Source of the DNA: the human T2T-CHM13v2.0 reference genome, Homo sapiens
DNA: 64,000 bases
Assembly: GCF_009914755.1 (NCBI RefSeq)
Contig: NC_060926.1
Strand: one strand, 5' to 3'
The position numbers were made by a program, and so were the translations under genes. Below, in pieces: positions 29,923 through 54,744 of this stretch. The notes beneath the pieces were generated by a model that saw only the letters and a program-made list of their open reading frames with translations, ran no database searches and was not told the origin of the DNA. How positions within the stretch are numbered: the first letter of the stretch is position 1; every line of letters starts with the position of its first letter.

Positions 29923-30521
29923 GTAGAGGGAGTTTATGCTGAAATTAAAAATAGCAGTGTTGATGCTTAAAAATCAGGTCTGTTAAAGGAATGATAAGAA
30001 GTAAAAAGTTATTGAATAATGATCCCTTTCTGGTTTTTTTTTTTTTTTTTTGCACTGCTATAGGAGACATTTAGGAACGAACCGTCAACTTTAACAGAAT
30101 CAATCTGTAATTTTGTTGTCAGTACGCATCAAATTATCTAAATTATTTATTGTGACAATTAAATCCCAAAATTTCAATAATTTGGTTGCTTTCCTGTTGG
30201 TTTTTAAAAAAGCAAACAAAATCTTGAAGTCTCAGGTATAAATTACTTATAAAAGTCAGAAAAGATAGTTGTCCAAAACTTGTGCTTTACCTACCTGACT
30301 TTGGATAGATGTTATTAAAAGGAAACAGTACTATTTATTCTACATGTATGTATCTTAGAGACACAGCAACTGATTATATGTCTGTGCTACTCATTGGCTA
30401 TTCTGTGACTAAAACAAACTTTGGACGTGAATATTTTCTTATTTAAAAAAATCTTCTTTTAGAAGTAATTATTAAATATGTTTCACATAAATATGAACCT
30501 CCTTAAGTTTTTTTAAATGGT

Positions 30522-30800
30522 TATATCTGTTTCCTAGGGCTGCCATCACCAAGTACCATAAACTGTGTAGCTTCAAACTACAGAAATTTGTTGTCGTAGA
30601 TTTCTGGACACCAGAAGTCAGAAACCAGCGTGTCAGCAGGGCCATGCCCCCTCTGACCCCTGAAGGGAGATGCTTCCTTTCCTCTCCAAGCACCAGGCTT
30701 TGCCTGCAGTGCTGAGTGTTCTTGACTTGCAGGTGCCTTGCTCCTGTTTCTGCCCTTGTGGTCATAAGGCCATCTTCTCAGTGTGTCTGTCTTCACCACA
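30522..30800 (-). mobile_element. MLT1B/C-type MaLR LTR fragment
   Basis: tttcctagggctgcc..aagtaccataaactg..cagaaattt..gtgtcagcagggccatgc. Confidence 0.8.
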
Positions 30801-31159
30801 GCTCTGGTCACTTTCCCTTGACTTCTTGAAGTTTGACAGCAGTAATACTTTCTTCTTAAAATTGTCTCCTCCATTGTCTCCTCAGCCCTGCCTTTTCCTA
30901 GTTTTCCTACTGGTTACTTCTTTTCAGTTTTTCCTTTGTCTTTCAGTGTCTCCCATGGCTCTTGAGTATGTATGGCTCAGATACCATCCATGTGCAGTCA
31001 CTGTCAAATCAGGCCAAGAGTCATTTCTAGCTCTCACTTAATGACTAGCACCAGTTTAAACTAGGGATTTCCAGTTAATATTTGTGAATCGATAAATGAA
31101 TGAAATGAGCTATGAAAGCAGTTTATTGGATCATTTATTGAAGAGGCAGTGAAATCAAT

Positions 31160-31395
31160 GTTGCCTAGGCTGCAGTGAGCCTTCGCCTCCCAGGCTCAAG
31201 CAATTCTCCCACCTCAGCCTCCCGAGTAGCTGGAATTACAGGCGCACCACCACGCCCAGCTAATTTTTGTATTTTTAGTAGAGACGGGGTTTCACCATGT
31301 TGGCCAGGCTGGTCTCGAACTCCTGACCTCAGGTGATCCACCCTCCTTGGCTCCCAAATCGCTGGGATTACAGGCGTGAGCCACCGCACCCAGCC
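31160..31395 (-). mobile_element. AluS (partial)
   Basis: Reverse Alu lacking its tail. Confidence 0.9.
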
Positions 31396-32510
31396 TCAGT
31401 GCATTAATTTTTGAAGAGAAATATGACAGTAATGAGTTTTATGAAGGTTCTTGTTTTTTCTGAGACAGGGTCTTGCTCTATCACCCAGGCTGGAGTGCAG
31501 TGGCACAATCTTTGCTCCCTGGCTAAAGTGATCCTCAGCCTTCCGAGTAGCTGAGACTGCATTGAAATATTTTTTTAAAAAGCAGAATACTTATTTGACC
31601 ATCTATGCTTAAAGCAATATCAGTAGGTTTGGTGTCCATCATAAGCAGCTGTGCAATTCAACAGAAACGTATTGCCATCACCTTTGTCTATCTATGTTGC
31701 CATCTGCTATTATAGCTGTTTAAAGGAAGACTGTTGTGTGGTATTGGGAGGAAATGGTACATTTTATTGTCAGAATTCTAATTGATCGGGGTAATGAGAA
31801 TGAAAAAATGGCAGTGTTATAGGGAAGAAGTATTCGTATGCGTGGAACTAGAAACGGATCACAACTTACATGTTGGCTTCTAATTTGTAATGTTTCAACC
31901 ATGTTCGGATGGAAAGAAGATGTATAGGATTGTTTCCAAAAAAGTTTCTTCTCTATGAATGAACTTAGGATGGTCTTCAGAGATATATATAAAGAAAGAG
32001 AGGAGACAGAGACTGAAATTGACTGCTTCAACTGTAGTGAGTTAACTTTCACTCATAGAAATAGCTAGAGGTTGGATTATTTCAAAAAGCCAGTCAGTGT
32101 TTTTAGAGCTTCTGATTCTCACAAGAACAGATGAAAAAATGCAAGTATCAGTTATAGAGAAGACTTTCCATTTGAGACTCTCAGAAAAGGTGTGGGTGGT
32201 TACTGTGTTTGTTTGACATTGCATCCTTTAATGAGCTTGTTTAGTACGTGAGGAAGTGGAACTTTACCTTGGGCCTCTCTGAAGCCCAGTTTCCTCCAAA
32301 TATAAAAAGAAAGGCTTGGTCCATTCAGAAGCTTTAAAGAGTCATTTTTTTCCCAGACAGGATTTCCCTGTGGATTGTGGTATGTGAAACAAAGTCAGTG
32401 ATTCTCCATGGAGGTGATGTGAGGAGAGAAGGCTATGTGGCCTAGACTGCAGATTCCTTTCCTGAGGTCCTTCCTTTGTCCCATGGCAGCTGCAGAGGCG
32501 TCTTGGTTTA

Positions 32511-32853
<343 letters not shown>

Positions 32854-33720
32854 CAGAAGACAGCCTGCCTCACTTAAAATTGTGATTTTAAAAACAGTGA
32901 AATTCAGGCATCCCTGTAGTGAGCCTCCTTCGAAATTCACTGCACTGCTATAGGAAATCAGAGCTTAATTATGTCACACTTACATGCTGAAGAACTCAGG
33001 GATCCAATGATACAATGTAGGGAATTTGTTTCAAAATATTTTATGGTTGATGAGTAGATAAATTGATCACGACTTGATGACTGTTGGAGTTGGATAATGG
33101 TTCAGAGGGATTCGTTATACTCACTCGTTTAATATATGTTTGAAATCTTCAGTAATCAAAGGTTTTAAATTTTTTGAAATACGTATCATGACGAATGGCA
33201 CAGTTTTAACGTTTCCCTTATGTGTAACTAACACATTATACTTTTTCATTTATTTAGGGCTTATCTGATGAGTGGTTGTGTCCCATCCAAACATCTATCC
33301 CAGTAGTCAGGAATATAACAAAGCCCCTGAGATTCCCTCTGCTGTCAGCTACCTGTGTGTCTGTTGGGATATAAGCCACACCAGGATTTCACCACCCATG
33401 GCTCTAGCATGAGTAATTTGGAGGTTGAGTGGGACGAGGAGGAAAAATGTAGGATTCTTTACCTTAATCTAGGCTGTCGTTCTATGGTAATCATTAAGCT
33501 TTCATATTTTGTGTTGGAAAAAAACAGTATTTCTTAATGTTAGAAAGTGAAAATGATAATGTAGGGGTAAAAGATTAGATTCAGAAAAATGAACATCTCA
33601 AGTTACTGCTTTTACATCTGTGGAGCAGGGATGGAATTGTTTGATTTTTCAGACAATTAAAATTTATTATGACAGGATGAAGTTGGCTTACAGAGTGTGG
33701 GACACTTAATGAGTCAGCTT

Positions 33721-33779
33721 CTAGCCTCTGGCTTAAGAATGGGGTAGACTAGCCTCTGGCTTAAAGAATGGGGTAGACT
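33721..33779. repeat. 28/29-bp tandem duplication
   Basis: ctagcctctggcttaa(a)gaatggggtaga occurs twice. Confidence 0.95.
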
Positions 33780-34264
33780 GACTTGGACTCTCATTTAACT
33801 GAAGATTTTATTTTCTATACCTTTACTTGATAATATATACCTCCGCCCTTCCCTTCCTAGTTTTGAGTGTAAATACACTTGTTTTAAGTTGCTGAGTGAG
33901 AGTGGGTGAGGAGTCTGGGTATAGCCCACTGGCCTGGGTCCAGTGTCTTGAATAACTACTTAGTAATTGACTTCTGCAAGTCAGTTATTTTTAGGAGCTT
34001 TGAGTTTCTCCCTTTGCTAGTTGAATATGATCTGTAAAAGAAGTGAATGTTCTTATATTAACAGATTTAGACCTACTCAAGGAGGATTTATTGTGTTTCA
34101 TTTTAAATATCAAATGATTGTATGCTGTGGAACAAAAGGGACTCTGTCTTGGATGCTAATCTACCGTGTTGCCTTTTTTTTTTTTTCTAAGACATCTGTT
34201 ATAGCATGCCATGTTGACTTCTGATTAGCCTCCTTTGAGACCTTTGAATGGCTCCTGATTACTA

Positions 34265-34585
34265 CTTTACTTACTGTCCCTAGTGGAAGAACATGTCAAC
34301 CTGGATGTTGTCACACAGACTCCAGGCTGTGATGCGTACGGCATCCATGTTCTGGAGGGTTGTCTGCACACGTGCCCTTTCTTCATGGTCTGTAAGCCCT
34401 GGGTCTGGGAGCAGTGGTGCAGAGATCTGCCTGTTTTGTGGCTGACCAAGACCACACTTCTGTCTGTAAGTTCCCTCAGTAAATCACCCAATACCAACAA
34501 AATAGATTTGTCTTTCTCCTTCTTTAGTTTCTCAGCTCCTTCACATTTGGAACCGCTTTGCATATATGCCTCCTTCACAGAATAG
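34265..34585 (+). mobile_element. Probable ERV1-class LTR 3' portion
   Basis: taagccctgggtctggg..ctgtaagttccctcagtaaa..gctttgcatata resembles MER4-group LTR ends; family uncertain. Confidence 0.45.
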
Positions 34586-34594
34586 GTACTTTCG

Positions 34595-34891
<297 letters not shown>

Positions 34892-37745
34892 TGATACTTT
34901 CCCTTTTTACTCTTTGGGAAGCCACACATGTTTGAAAAGCAGAAAGTTAATTGCTTTTTACTTCCTAAGTACCTTGTGTCAGTGATTTCATCTGCTAAAT
35001 TCAGCCATCTTCTCTGCCTTGAAAGACACCATGTTAAAAGTTAAGTGCTGATGCTGCATAGGATGTAGGGTCCAGGTGTCTCAAGGTCAGGCAACGCGCA
35101 TTCTCAGAGTGTGATGAACAGTGAAGGAAAACTCAAGGGAGGATATGCCCAGAGTCCTGATGTTCTGGACACCTTGTTCTTTATCAGGCAGTGCTAGATC
35201 TTATTGCACAAAATGGTATTTGGGGCCAAATGAATGGTAAGCGAGCCAAAGAGAAGCCTCTCTGCCTCCTCAGCTTTGAAAATGTAAGAGGGAATGCAGA
35301 TACTGCTATAGAATCAACATGTGAGTAGTGGCACTTCAGCAACTTCTACAGAGCTGTACATGAGTGCCTGGGATTGTGGCCTCAGAGAACTGGAATACTG
35401 GCTCAGGCTACTTAAATGTAGATGAAAATATTAAACCAAAAGGAAGGTAAATTGACCTTGAAAAGTCTGTTTATATAAGCAGTTTACTTACAGGCAATCT
35501 GTACCTGCATAGCAAGTGTACACATTGATTTCTGAATGAGAAAGCACTGACATTGCCTTATGAGCCATTATGATATTGTTCTTCTGATTATGTTTGTGCT
35601 CAGGTTAATAAAGTGTACCAGGTGACTCCCTTGTCCCCTTCCCCCTCCACTCCAGGAAGCATCCGTGTATCCCCTGCTCTGCTCTGAAATAGAACATTTA
35701 ATGTTCATCATGACGGCAGTGGAAGATTTGGTTTTGCCTTTTGAATTATTCCTGCTCTTCTGTCCCTTTGTTTTTGCCAGCATCTTAATTCTTACTAATT
35801 GATTTGGTGAGGTTATTTTTATGTATTCTTTTAACACAGAATTATTTTTTGTGTTTCAGAGCAGTTTTATTTCAAAGGATAAAACTGTCTCTTGAAATAG
35901 TCATGTGGTGCTTTGTCTGTAATAGGTTAGAATATTGCCATCCATAGAAGAGTAAAAATGACTGCTGCTTTTAAATAGGCTTAAATTATTGACTTTTTAT
36001 ACAACCAGCATAGGCGCTGTCATTAGAGCGTCAGACCTCTTATATTCAGTCCGAACATAGTCCAAATAGTCACCATATTTATTAGTTTATTTGAACCACT
36101 CTCAATTTCACCATTTGATTTGCTTTCCTAATAGGTTCTAAACTCTTTGAAGCTCAGTTATTTTGTTCTGTTTTCTCAGCCTATGAATTTGGCCTCTTGC
36201 CAAGTTAGTTTTGATTACATTTTTGCTTTTTCGTTTATGAGCTGCCATAAAAGAGATTGTTCTGTCTTATGCTTTACTAATAGTTGGTTAAAGGTTTGAC
36301 TTAAAAGACTTGGTTGGCCCAGAGTCATACAAGTGCATGTTTGCCATTCTGAACTGAAATCCCTGGCGACAGTGCTGTTTATAAAAGGATTAGAGCAGGG
36401 AGTTTTGTTGCCCTAAAATCAGGAAAATTAAGTTTTATTTTATATTATTTAAGTAATTAAATGATAAGAAATTTACACACAGGTGTGTGTGTGTGTCCAT
36501 CCTTGTGCCTCAATTACAAAATTTCCTGAAATAATCTCCCTGAGCTCCATCGTGGTGTTTCTCCCACCAAGCTTTTCTTGTGATTCTGTCTTGCACACCA
36601 CCGTTCTTTAGAAGTAGTATTTCTTGGAGGTTTGTGTTTGAGATGGGGACTGGATGCTGGCTGTAGCCTCTTTGTGGCTCCAAAGGAAAGAGGAGGGAGG
36701 ATTGTCCTCAAAGACTCTTACAAGGGTAGAGAGGGAGGAAGCAGGCTGGGCAAAGCTCAAGGAAGTCCATGCAATAACTGACCTGTGTCAGGTTGGGGTC
36801 TCCTTCTAGCAGGATGTCTGTAGGGGGAGGGAAGAAGGACTGCAGGGCTCTCTGGTGTGCCAGCTGCCAGCTCTCATGCAGCACTCAGTTTTCAGTGACT
36901 CTCATGTTAATTCAGCATGCCAGCTGTTCAATTTAATGTCTATACCAATGGGGAATGGGAGAGAGGTAGATAATGAGGAAAGAGAAGAAATAATGAGGTA
37001 ATATGTCATCTCCTAAAAGCTCATTTTGTAACAGAAATTGTCCAGACTGTTACTGCATTACATTTTAGGTTTTTCTCAATCCCCTCAGAAAACAAAGAAG
37101 CTCATACAGAACATTGCCCCTACCACTAGCAAGAGGCAAATCTTTCAGCCCTCCCAAGGCTGGCTTTCAGGCTCCTGAAGCTGTGCCTTCTGAATGTGAC
37201 ACCTTGTCCTGGCCACATCTCTGGAGAGACACCACACACATCAGTGTTAAGTGGTACACATGGTCCTTTTCACCACAAATGTCCTGAAATCGAGGGACTA
37301 TTTAGAAAACAGGCGGCTGCTTCATTCTATTGTGGGAGTGATGTGACAGGAAGGGAGGCTCAGGAATGACCATGACAGGAAAGCATGTGGAGCACTCACA
37401 GTAAAGCTTCACAGAAGCCCTCACGGCCAGGCGCAGCAGAGCACAGCGACTGCCCAAGGAGCTGCTGTCCTAGCCACCCTCCCAGTCATCTTCAAGAAGA
37501 ACAAAAGTTCACTGATCGCCTCAGTTCCTTTATTCTCCTCTTGTTCTTGAGGACTGACCAATGGGTGTGTGTCCCTGTTTGCCTCTTTGCTGGGGTCACA
37601 GAGGAACCCAGGAGCTCACATTGAGTGGCCCCCAGACATGTCACTGGGGCCAGAAAGTGCCATGAGGATGGGGGTCTACACTGGGGTGTGGGGTGGCCAT
37701 ATCTTCTGGCCCTGACTTGAACAATGAGTCCATGTGTGGCCTCTA

Positions 37746-38330
<585 letters not shown>

Positions 38331-38413
38331 GAATGAGGTAGACAGACTTGGACTCCCGTTTAACTGACAGGTTTATTATTCTGTACCTTTACGTGATAAC
38401 ACACTCCTCCCCC

Positions 38414-38495
38414 CGTCTGTTCCTAGTTTTGAATGTAAATACAGTTGTTTAAATCGTCTGTTCCTAGTTTTGAATGTAAATACAATTGTTTAAAT
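38414..38495. repeat. 41-bp tandem duplication (1 mismatch)
   Basis: cgtctgttcctagttttgaatgtaaataca(g/a)ttgtttaaat occurs twice. Confidence 0.96.
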
Positions 38496-38572
38496 TCCTA
38501 AGTGACATCTTGGAGAAAGAGCCCAAAAGGTCTAAGTACCATCAGCTGCAGAGTCCTCACATAGGCTGCCTC

Positions 38573-39225
38573 TGTCGGCCTGGGTCCAACCAGGAGAGAA
38601 AACCCACACGCTAATTTGAACAGGAAAGGTTTAATATAAAGATAGAATTACTAACTCTAACAAGGTTTTGGAGTAATAAGGAATTGGCTAGTAAGAGGAG
38701 AGAAAGCAAAAGAGTATAGGAATAGCCGCTGTAAGGAGCAGCCACGGACCCTAGAGCTGAGTTAGAGTGCCAAGGGAGGAGCCCTACTCCGTGCCCGGGG
38801 TCACACTACCAGGGCATGCTGCATGCAGAAAAGTCGCTGGCACAGATTGCTGGAAATCCTCCTTTCCAATACCAGAGAAGGCTGTTCCCAGTGAGTTCCC
38901 TCACCCAAGGTACCCCCTACATAGCTGACTGCCAAGGGATGGGTGCTGCTGGCTGCATGCACCATCAGGGTCCAAGGCACTCTGCTGTAAAACTTTTGAG
39001 GGGCCAGTGCCACTGAAGCTGGTGCTAGCCACCATGCCCTGCAGGAGCTAGACACCGAAGAAGCCAGAGTGCTGCAGGAGCTTTGCCCAGGGAGCAGGCA
39101 GGACTGGGAAGCAAACCTCTTCCTCCTGCAGTGTCTCTCCAGCACCCTCTACTGACAAGGTCTCAGTGCTGCTCATAGAGGACAAAGATTCACAGAGGTA
39201 GCAGTAACTGCATCACCAGCACCTA
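38573..39225. mobile_element. Old ERVL-type LTR (LTR41/LTR33-like)
   Basis: gggtccaaccaggagagaaaacc..aatttgaacaggaaaggtttaatataaaga and gcaaacctcttcctcctgcagtgtc motifs; boundaries approximate. Confidence 0.5.
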
Positions 39226-39716
39226 GCAATATCCCAGTGATGCCTCCTACAGGACACAAGGGGGTCTGTCTAAGTGGGTAATTGCCATATTTTTATATAT
39301 TATTGCTAGATGTATAGAATACCACTTTTTGAGAAGAGGTAAGGAATGGAATAAAGAGCTTCCTACTTAGCCCTGTGAACTGCTTTCAAAAACCATAGCT
39401 TCATTCCGTGACAGAGAATGGAGAGCTCTGTGTGGGGAGAGAGGAAGGTTGAGCACAGGAGCCTGCAGAACAAGAGGAGTGACTGAGGCCCCTGGGAGAT
39501 GCTGCTAGCCTGGTTGTAGCTGGGCAGTGTTACATGAGCACCAGCTTACAGTGGTTGACCTCCTGACCTTATACTATTTCCACATCTTTTTTCATTGTAC
39601 TTATGGCAAAATCTAAGTTATGGTAGCTGAAATAATCCCTTGCCTTTCTGTGTACATTTCACAAAATTTAAAGTTAATGAAAGAAAAGAAACCTTTTTAA
39701 ATTCAGCAAAATATAC

Positions 39717-39719
<3 letters not shown>

Positions 39720-39762
<43 letters not shown>
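39720..39762. repeat. (GT)n microsatellite
   Basis: Perfect GT run of about 21 units. Confidence 0.97.
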
Positions 39763-39764
<2 letters not shown>

Positions 39765-40478
39765 TTTAGTTCCTCTGCTTCATCCTGGTCAGTATTTTCA
39801 AATGCTGTTTAATGCAGTAAAATCTACACAAAACATGTTCTGTGTCAAAAAGAAAATAACGGGCAGTGAAAGATATGTACATTTGAATTTGAAAAGGTTC
39901 ATTGTTTTCACTTGACTCAAGTGAAATGTTTTTTATTCTGTTCTATTCTGAAATTCTCATGGTTTTCTTTTACCTTATCATTGAGGGAAGTAAACCCCGT
40001 GTTAAGCTTAGTCACAAAATAAAAACTCCCACGGACTTCCCTCCCAGTGTAGCTGAAGGTTAATGTCCAGGGAGATAGCCTTGACTGAGTCAGAACTAAA
40101 ATAAGGGTGTTATTTAGAGCCAGATACTCTGGTGCTACAGCCACTACAGCCGTGTCAAGAGCTCCTGACACACTGGAGGCTGTCACTGGTGATCTGGGCG
40201 TTCTCCTAAGTCAGCATTCCTAGCTAAAAATACTGCCATTCTGTATTGGAAACACAGCTTCCTCTAATTTGTCTGTTTTGACCAGAACACAATGTTATCT
40301 TTTTAAAAAGCTGTTTAGGTGTGAGAATGTATGTTAATGGATCACAATACGAATAAAAATAAAAGAATGAAAAGATAAGTGATTTGAAATATAAAGGAAC
40401 TAGTACAGAGACATTTTTCTAGTTAAAGTTTCTAAATGGTCAGAGAAAAATCACCTAACCTATGAGAGAAAATTTTAA

Positions 40479-40826
<348 letters not shown>

Positions 40827-40972
40827 TGAGGTGGCTTATAGATTTCAAACTATAGTGATTCTGATTGATCGAGCTGTCTTTCTTGAGGAAAGTTACGCCA
40901 AAGGCAACGAGCTAGACTGAGCTGTCTGGGTGTCTGGGTAGGGACGCAGCTCACCAGGGCTTGCCCTCTTTA

Positions 40973-41679
<707 letters not shown>

Positions 41680-42043
41680 TTAAGGGCCTCCTGGTGTTCT
41701 TAAGGAGATGAGGAGCACCTTTGCGATACAGAACACAACATTATATCCAATGAAAATCTTACCCACTCACTGCATGGGACACACAGTGGGTGCTATGGCT
41801 GCTGAACAGAAGATCGATAAGGCCTGGAATGTCAAGAAAGCTTCCTGGAGAAGATCTTGAGCAGGTACTTGAGGACTGGGCAGGTTTCTGATAAGCAGAA
41901 AGTTCAGGAGAAAAAAAAGGGACAGTGGTATTCATCCAGAAAATCGTATGTCCTTTGTATGTTTCACCCAGTGCTGGAAATGTTGATCATCACTTTTAAA
42001 GATAATTCTAAAGTCACCTTGCAACAACCCTGCATTTATTTAA

Positions 42044-42367
<324 letters not shown>

Positions 42368-43267
42368 GTGTACATGTATTTTAAAAAGAATAGAGCTCAA
42401 AATGTTAAAGTACTTGTTTCCAGTTGGCAGGAATATGCGTGATTCTTCTCTGCCTTTCATACATTTTCTGCAATAAGCTATATTGCTGTTGGGCTGATAA
42501 AAGTTGACAAATTCAACTTACCAAACCAAAACAGTACAGTTCAGTGATCCCATCCCAAAGCACTTACACATCCATGCGCACGGGCTCACAGAAACTGAGG
42601 CTTGCCATTGTTCAGTCATTTGTTAGTGTTCTGCTTTTAATGATTGCACCTTTTTGCTGCCCATTCTGTTTTCCCATCCAGTCTCGTGTCTTTCCGTGAT
42701 GGGTTTCCTGTGTGATGGGAGTGTCTCCATTATCATAGGGACAGGATGGCTTGTTGCAGGGAGTAAGAGCGTCACAAGAGTGTCTGAGGCACTCAGGGAG
42801 TGTCATGGAGAAAGGAGAGAGTGCTGGGAGGAGCTTGATTTCAGTCTTTCTCCTTTCCCTTCCCCAGGCTCCATGTCCTTTACAAAGTCCTTTGTGGGTA
42901 GATATTTGTTGGTTGGTTCATGTTAGCAACTTTTCTAGAGATCATCCAGGGAGAGGTGCTTCTTAAGAAACAAGCCACCACATAGGTCGTCAAGACTTAA
43001 AACTGGTTAGGATTGAGTAACTGACCTATTTATTTGCAGTACTTTCTGCCTGTTGTGGGCAGTGTCTCTGAGGCCACACAGTGCTTTCAGACCTGCCTTG
43101 TGTTGCAGAACCCCATGGACACTGAGGTTGAGCGTGGGGCCATTCCTGCCTTCTCTGGGCTGTCCCTCAGTACACCTCTGCCTGGGGCTCCTGAGTGGCC
43201 ACTCTCTTTTGCCTGTGGGCTTTGGGAATAAAACTAGGATAGTTTTCCCTCAGATACTAGAGGAGGA

Positions 43268-43765
43268 ATTTTTTATTGATACATAATAATTGTACATATT
43301 TATGGGGTGCATGTGTTATTTTGCTGCATGCATGTAATGCATAAGGATCAAATCGGGGTAACTAGCATATCCATCACTTCAAACATTTATCATTTCCTTG
43401 AGTTTAGAACTTTCACAATCCTCTTCTAGCTTTTTGAACATGCGCAATAAATTATTGTTAACATTAGTCACCCTACAGTGCTGAGGAACCCAAGAACTAT
43501 TCCTGTTACTCAGCTGTAATGTTGAGTCCCTTAACCTCTCCCTCTCTCCCCTCCCAGCCACCCTTCCCACCCTCTAATAACCAACTCTGCGTTCTAATTC
43601 TGTGAGTTCAATTGTATTTTTGCTTTCACATATGAGTGAGAACATCTGGCATGTGTCTTTCTGTGCCTGACTTATTTCACTTAACATAATGTACCCCGGG
43701 CTCATCATGATGCCACCACTGACAGGATCTAATTCTTTTTTTGTGGCTGGATGATATTCCATCTG
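43268..43765 (-). mobile_element. L1MA 3' end fragment
   Basis: ttattgatacataataattgtacatatttatgggg..tttctgtgcctgacttatttcacttaacataatg. Confidence 0.88.
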
Positions 43766-44841
43766 AAACGATGTATTTTAGATGATTTTAAGACTTAAAT
43801 GGGTGCCTGCTAGTTTTCTTCCAGAAATATTTCAACCTGATATCATAATGGCATTTCACTCATTTTCCTTTTAAGGGAAATAAATACAGTTAAGATATCA
43901 TAAAGTTTGGGATGCTAGAAACCTATCTGCAACACCGAAGAGAGTCTCTAACTCTTTAGATTAAGTTTCATTTCAGAGGGAGTTTCTTGAAGACAATTAG
44001 ATGCAAATAGCCTTCTCACAATTACAACCTCATTGTAATTTCTGGACTTTGATTCCAGTGTTTGGGATGGTTTGGGCCCCTGGGATGGGGTTGATGGTGC
44101 ATAGGGAGAGAATTTGTTTTGTTCATTTCATTATTGTTAGGTGATAATCTTTTAGTGACTCTTCAGTTATTTTTAGCATATGTAACAAAGCCACGGTAGC
44201 TCTGCCTTACTTTGATAATAATCCCAATAAGCAATGCTAATACAAACATGTAAAAAATGTGCTATTTTCTTTATTTTAAACTAGCTTGAGAAAATGTACA
44301 TTATTTCTTTATCACTGTCTTGCTTCTGTGGTAATGAATAATTTCTTTTTGCCTGTGCATTCAAAAATTAGGAAAAAAAATTGACAAGGCAAAATGGCAT
44401 ATTAATTACAAATCCGTATCTTTTTCTGGCCAAACTTTGTCTGTTTTCTCACTGTCTGTTGAAAGAAAATCCAGTGCATTTGTTCTAGAAGCTACAAAAT
44501 GGGAAGGAACTTCCCAGTTTCATTATCTTTACTTGCATGTCATGATTGTTTTGTTTTTAGTAGTCTGGGGGAAATTAGATTGTATTTTCCATTTGAGCAG
44601 GATAGAGGATGATAGTAGAAACAGTTCATTTTGGCATATGATAATTTCACCAGGCCACCCCAACAGTTCAAATACCCCATTATGACCTGGAAGCCTTTGA
44701 ATGCAGTTGGAGAAGCTTCATCTAGTAGTTGTTATTGCCAAGTGCTCCGTTTAGCCATCAGTTATGCAAATCTATTTGTGGAATAGAATGAAGCATTTAC
44801 TAAGCACTCCGCTTTTTCTATATTGGAGTCCTGTATTTTAG

Positions 44842-45253
<412 letters not shown>

Positions 45254-45790
45254 GCTACTAGTGTTTTTTAAAAGCTGCTTTTTAAAAAAATGTTGGCTGC
45301 TATTTTCATGACTTTATTCAGGCCTTAATTATTTGAGCTGCTGAAAATAGCTATAATTTTTTGCATGATATCTCCAAGTAGCTTATTTGTATTTGGCCAT
45401 GGCTTATGTCAGAGGTGGAGTTAGTTTTGACTAAAATCATGAAGTTAGCAGACAGTTGGAATCTGAAGCTTTACAGCCTTCTTTACAGGACACTACTGTG
45501 TGCCAACTTTGCATCACTGTGCAGTGAGTGGGGGCCCTTAACCAAGCTATTGGACTCATGCAGCCAGGGTCCTAGATTTGCCGCAGTAGGTCAATCATTC
45601 CATAAGTGAAACACGCAGTAGATGATCAGAAAATGACAAATTCATCAACTGTTTTCATAAAGTAGAAATCACTCTGCTCTGGGTGGATTTAAGGAACATG
45701 TGGGGTTCAGACCTGTCCTGTAGGATCTCCCAAAGACCCAACTTAGCCATGAGGGCTGATTAGAGTATAGAACCTCTTAAGAAACGCCCT

Positions 45791-52595
<6,805 letters not shown>

Positions 52596-52991
52596 AAACG
52601 CCCTTAGGGAATTGAGGACCTCGCACAATCCTAATTCTTCACCAAAAGCCACCTAGCAGACCTGCTATTCAGACGAATCTGACTTTTTTGGTATTTTCAA
52701 ACAACAGCCTCCCACCCTACTTCAATGGCTATTCTGATGCCACTGCCGTGGCAGTAGTAGTTTCAGTCAAATTTGTTTGCATTTCTTAGAGTGACATTAT
52801 TAATTCCTGAAAATGATTTAACAGTATCAAAATGCCTGAATATAAAAGTTGAGCTATGGTGTTTATTCGGAATTAAACCACTCCCTTGTCCTCTTGAAAA
52901 AATAACATATTTCTTTTAGCTTTACTCTGTTGTAGCTAAATAAGATAAGTGACTGCAGGTAGTCTTTTTGGGAGAATTGTGTGCCGCCTAA

Positions 52992-53319
<328 letters not shown>

Positions 53320-54329
53320 ACCACCTAAACATTCCATGGCCACACTGTTACAGATCCTTATTCACGACATACAAACAACCTTGTTCACTCAGCACTGGGC
53401 ACCAAACTATGTACTGTATAGTCATAGAAGCAGAGGCTATGACTTTTATTTATTTATTCATTCATTCATTCAGCAGATTGTAGTATCTTCTACTGATGGT
53501 GGGCTGGATACTTCTTAGGCACCACATTGGGCCTATTGCATCATGGGCTCATAGTAAAAGTTCCATATGTCCAGGAATGATGTAAAGCCAACAATGGAAT
53601 AATGCGAGCAACTATTTTTCTAGAAGAAGTAGACTTTACCAGAATGCCAAAATGGGCTGCTAAAGGAAGGGCAGCCCATCAGTGCTGTCACCAGCTCCTG
53701 AAACCCCGGGGCCTGTTTACTCCCACCATTGCAGTGGAGGACATGTCTGAGCCTCCTGCTTGGCTTTAACCCCCACATTAGTTCCTTTGTCGTTTCAGTG
53801 TAAGTAGCTTGGGTAATGTGCAGAGAATTTCTTTGCCTTGTATTATTTATGCTGAGAATCAACTGGTTGGGTCATCAGTTCCTAGGGAGAGGCTAATGGG
53901 AAGGTGATCTATAGAGTGTGATAGAAGACAATCTAGCTTTCTTGCTGCATCTTTTCTTCGTTCAGAACGTCAGCTTCTCTTTTCCCTCCCAACTCCCAGT
54001 AGGATATTCCTGATTGAAAGAAAGGCCAAGAGGAGAGAATGAGATCTAGCAAAATTGTAAACAAAGGAACAGAGCCACAAACCTGTTTTACATTCATATA
54101 AAATGTTACATTGATTGATTAAACAGTTTAAAAATATCTTCATAGTATATGGTACCTTTGATCATAAAACCAGGTCATGTTAAGGTGACCTCTATTGAAG
54201 AGTTCTATTTAGGGTTACTGTGTGCCAACCACCCTCATTAAAATAGTCACAGATGTAAGTAGAGGAAACCAGATAAAAGGAAAGATCTCTATCTGCTTCC
54301 CCGTAGTAATCTTTACATAGCATAACTTG

Positions 54330-54737
54330 AGTTAAGAACAGCCAGATGGAAGAGATAATGGGGCAAGGTGTGGGGAAACAGAGCAGAGCTTCTCTCCTCT
54401 GGGAGCGCCACCCTCCCAGCACCTCCATATGTTCAGCAACCCAGAAGTTCCCCTAAACTGTCCTATTGAGTTTTTATGGAGGCTTCTTTTCATAGGCATG
54501 ATTGATTTGATCATTGACCACAGCTCCTCTCCCTTCCAAGGGGTTGGGGCTGGAGCTGAAAGTTGCAGCCTTCTTATTGCATGGTTGATTCTCCAGCAGC
54601 CACCCCCACACCTGTCACATTAGCCTACAAAAGACACTTACCACTTCAGAGAGTCCAAGAGTTTTAGGAGTCCTGTGCCAGGAAATGGGGGCGGAGACCA
54701 AGAATAGATTTATTATTAAAAGTCACAATATGACAGG
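54330..54737. mobile_element. MER21-type LTR fragment
   Basis: gaacagccagatggaagagat..gccaccctcccagcacctcca..ttttatggaggctt..ataggcatgattgat..tcacaatatgaca. Confidence 0.8.
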
Positions 54738-54744
54738 CAGTTTC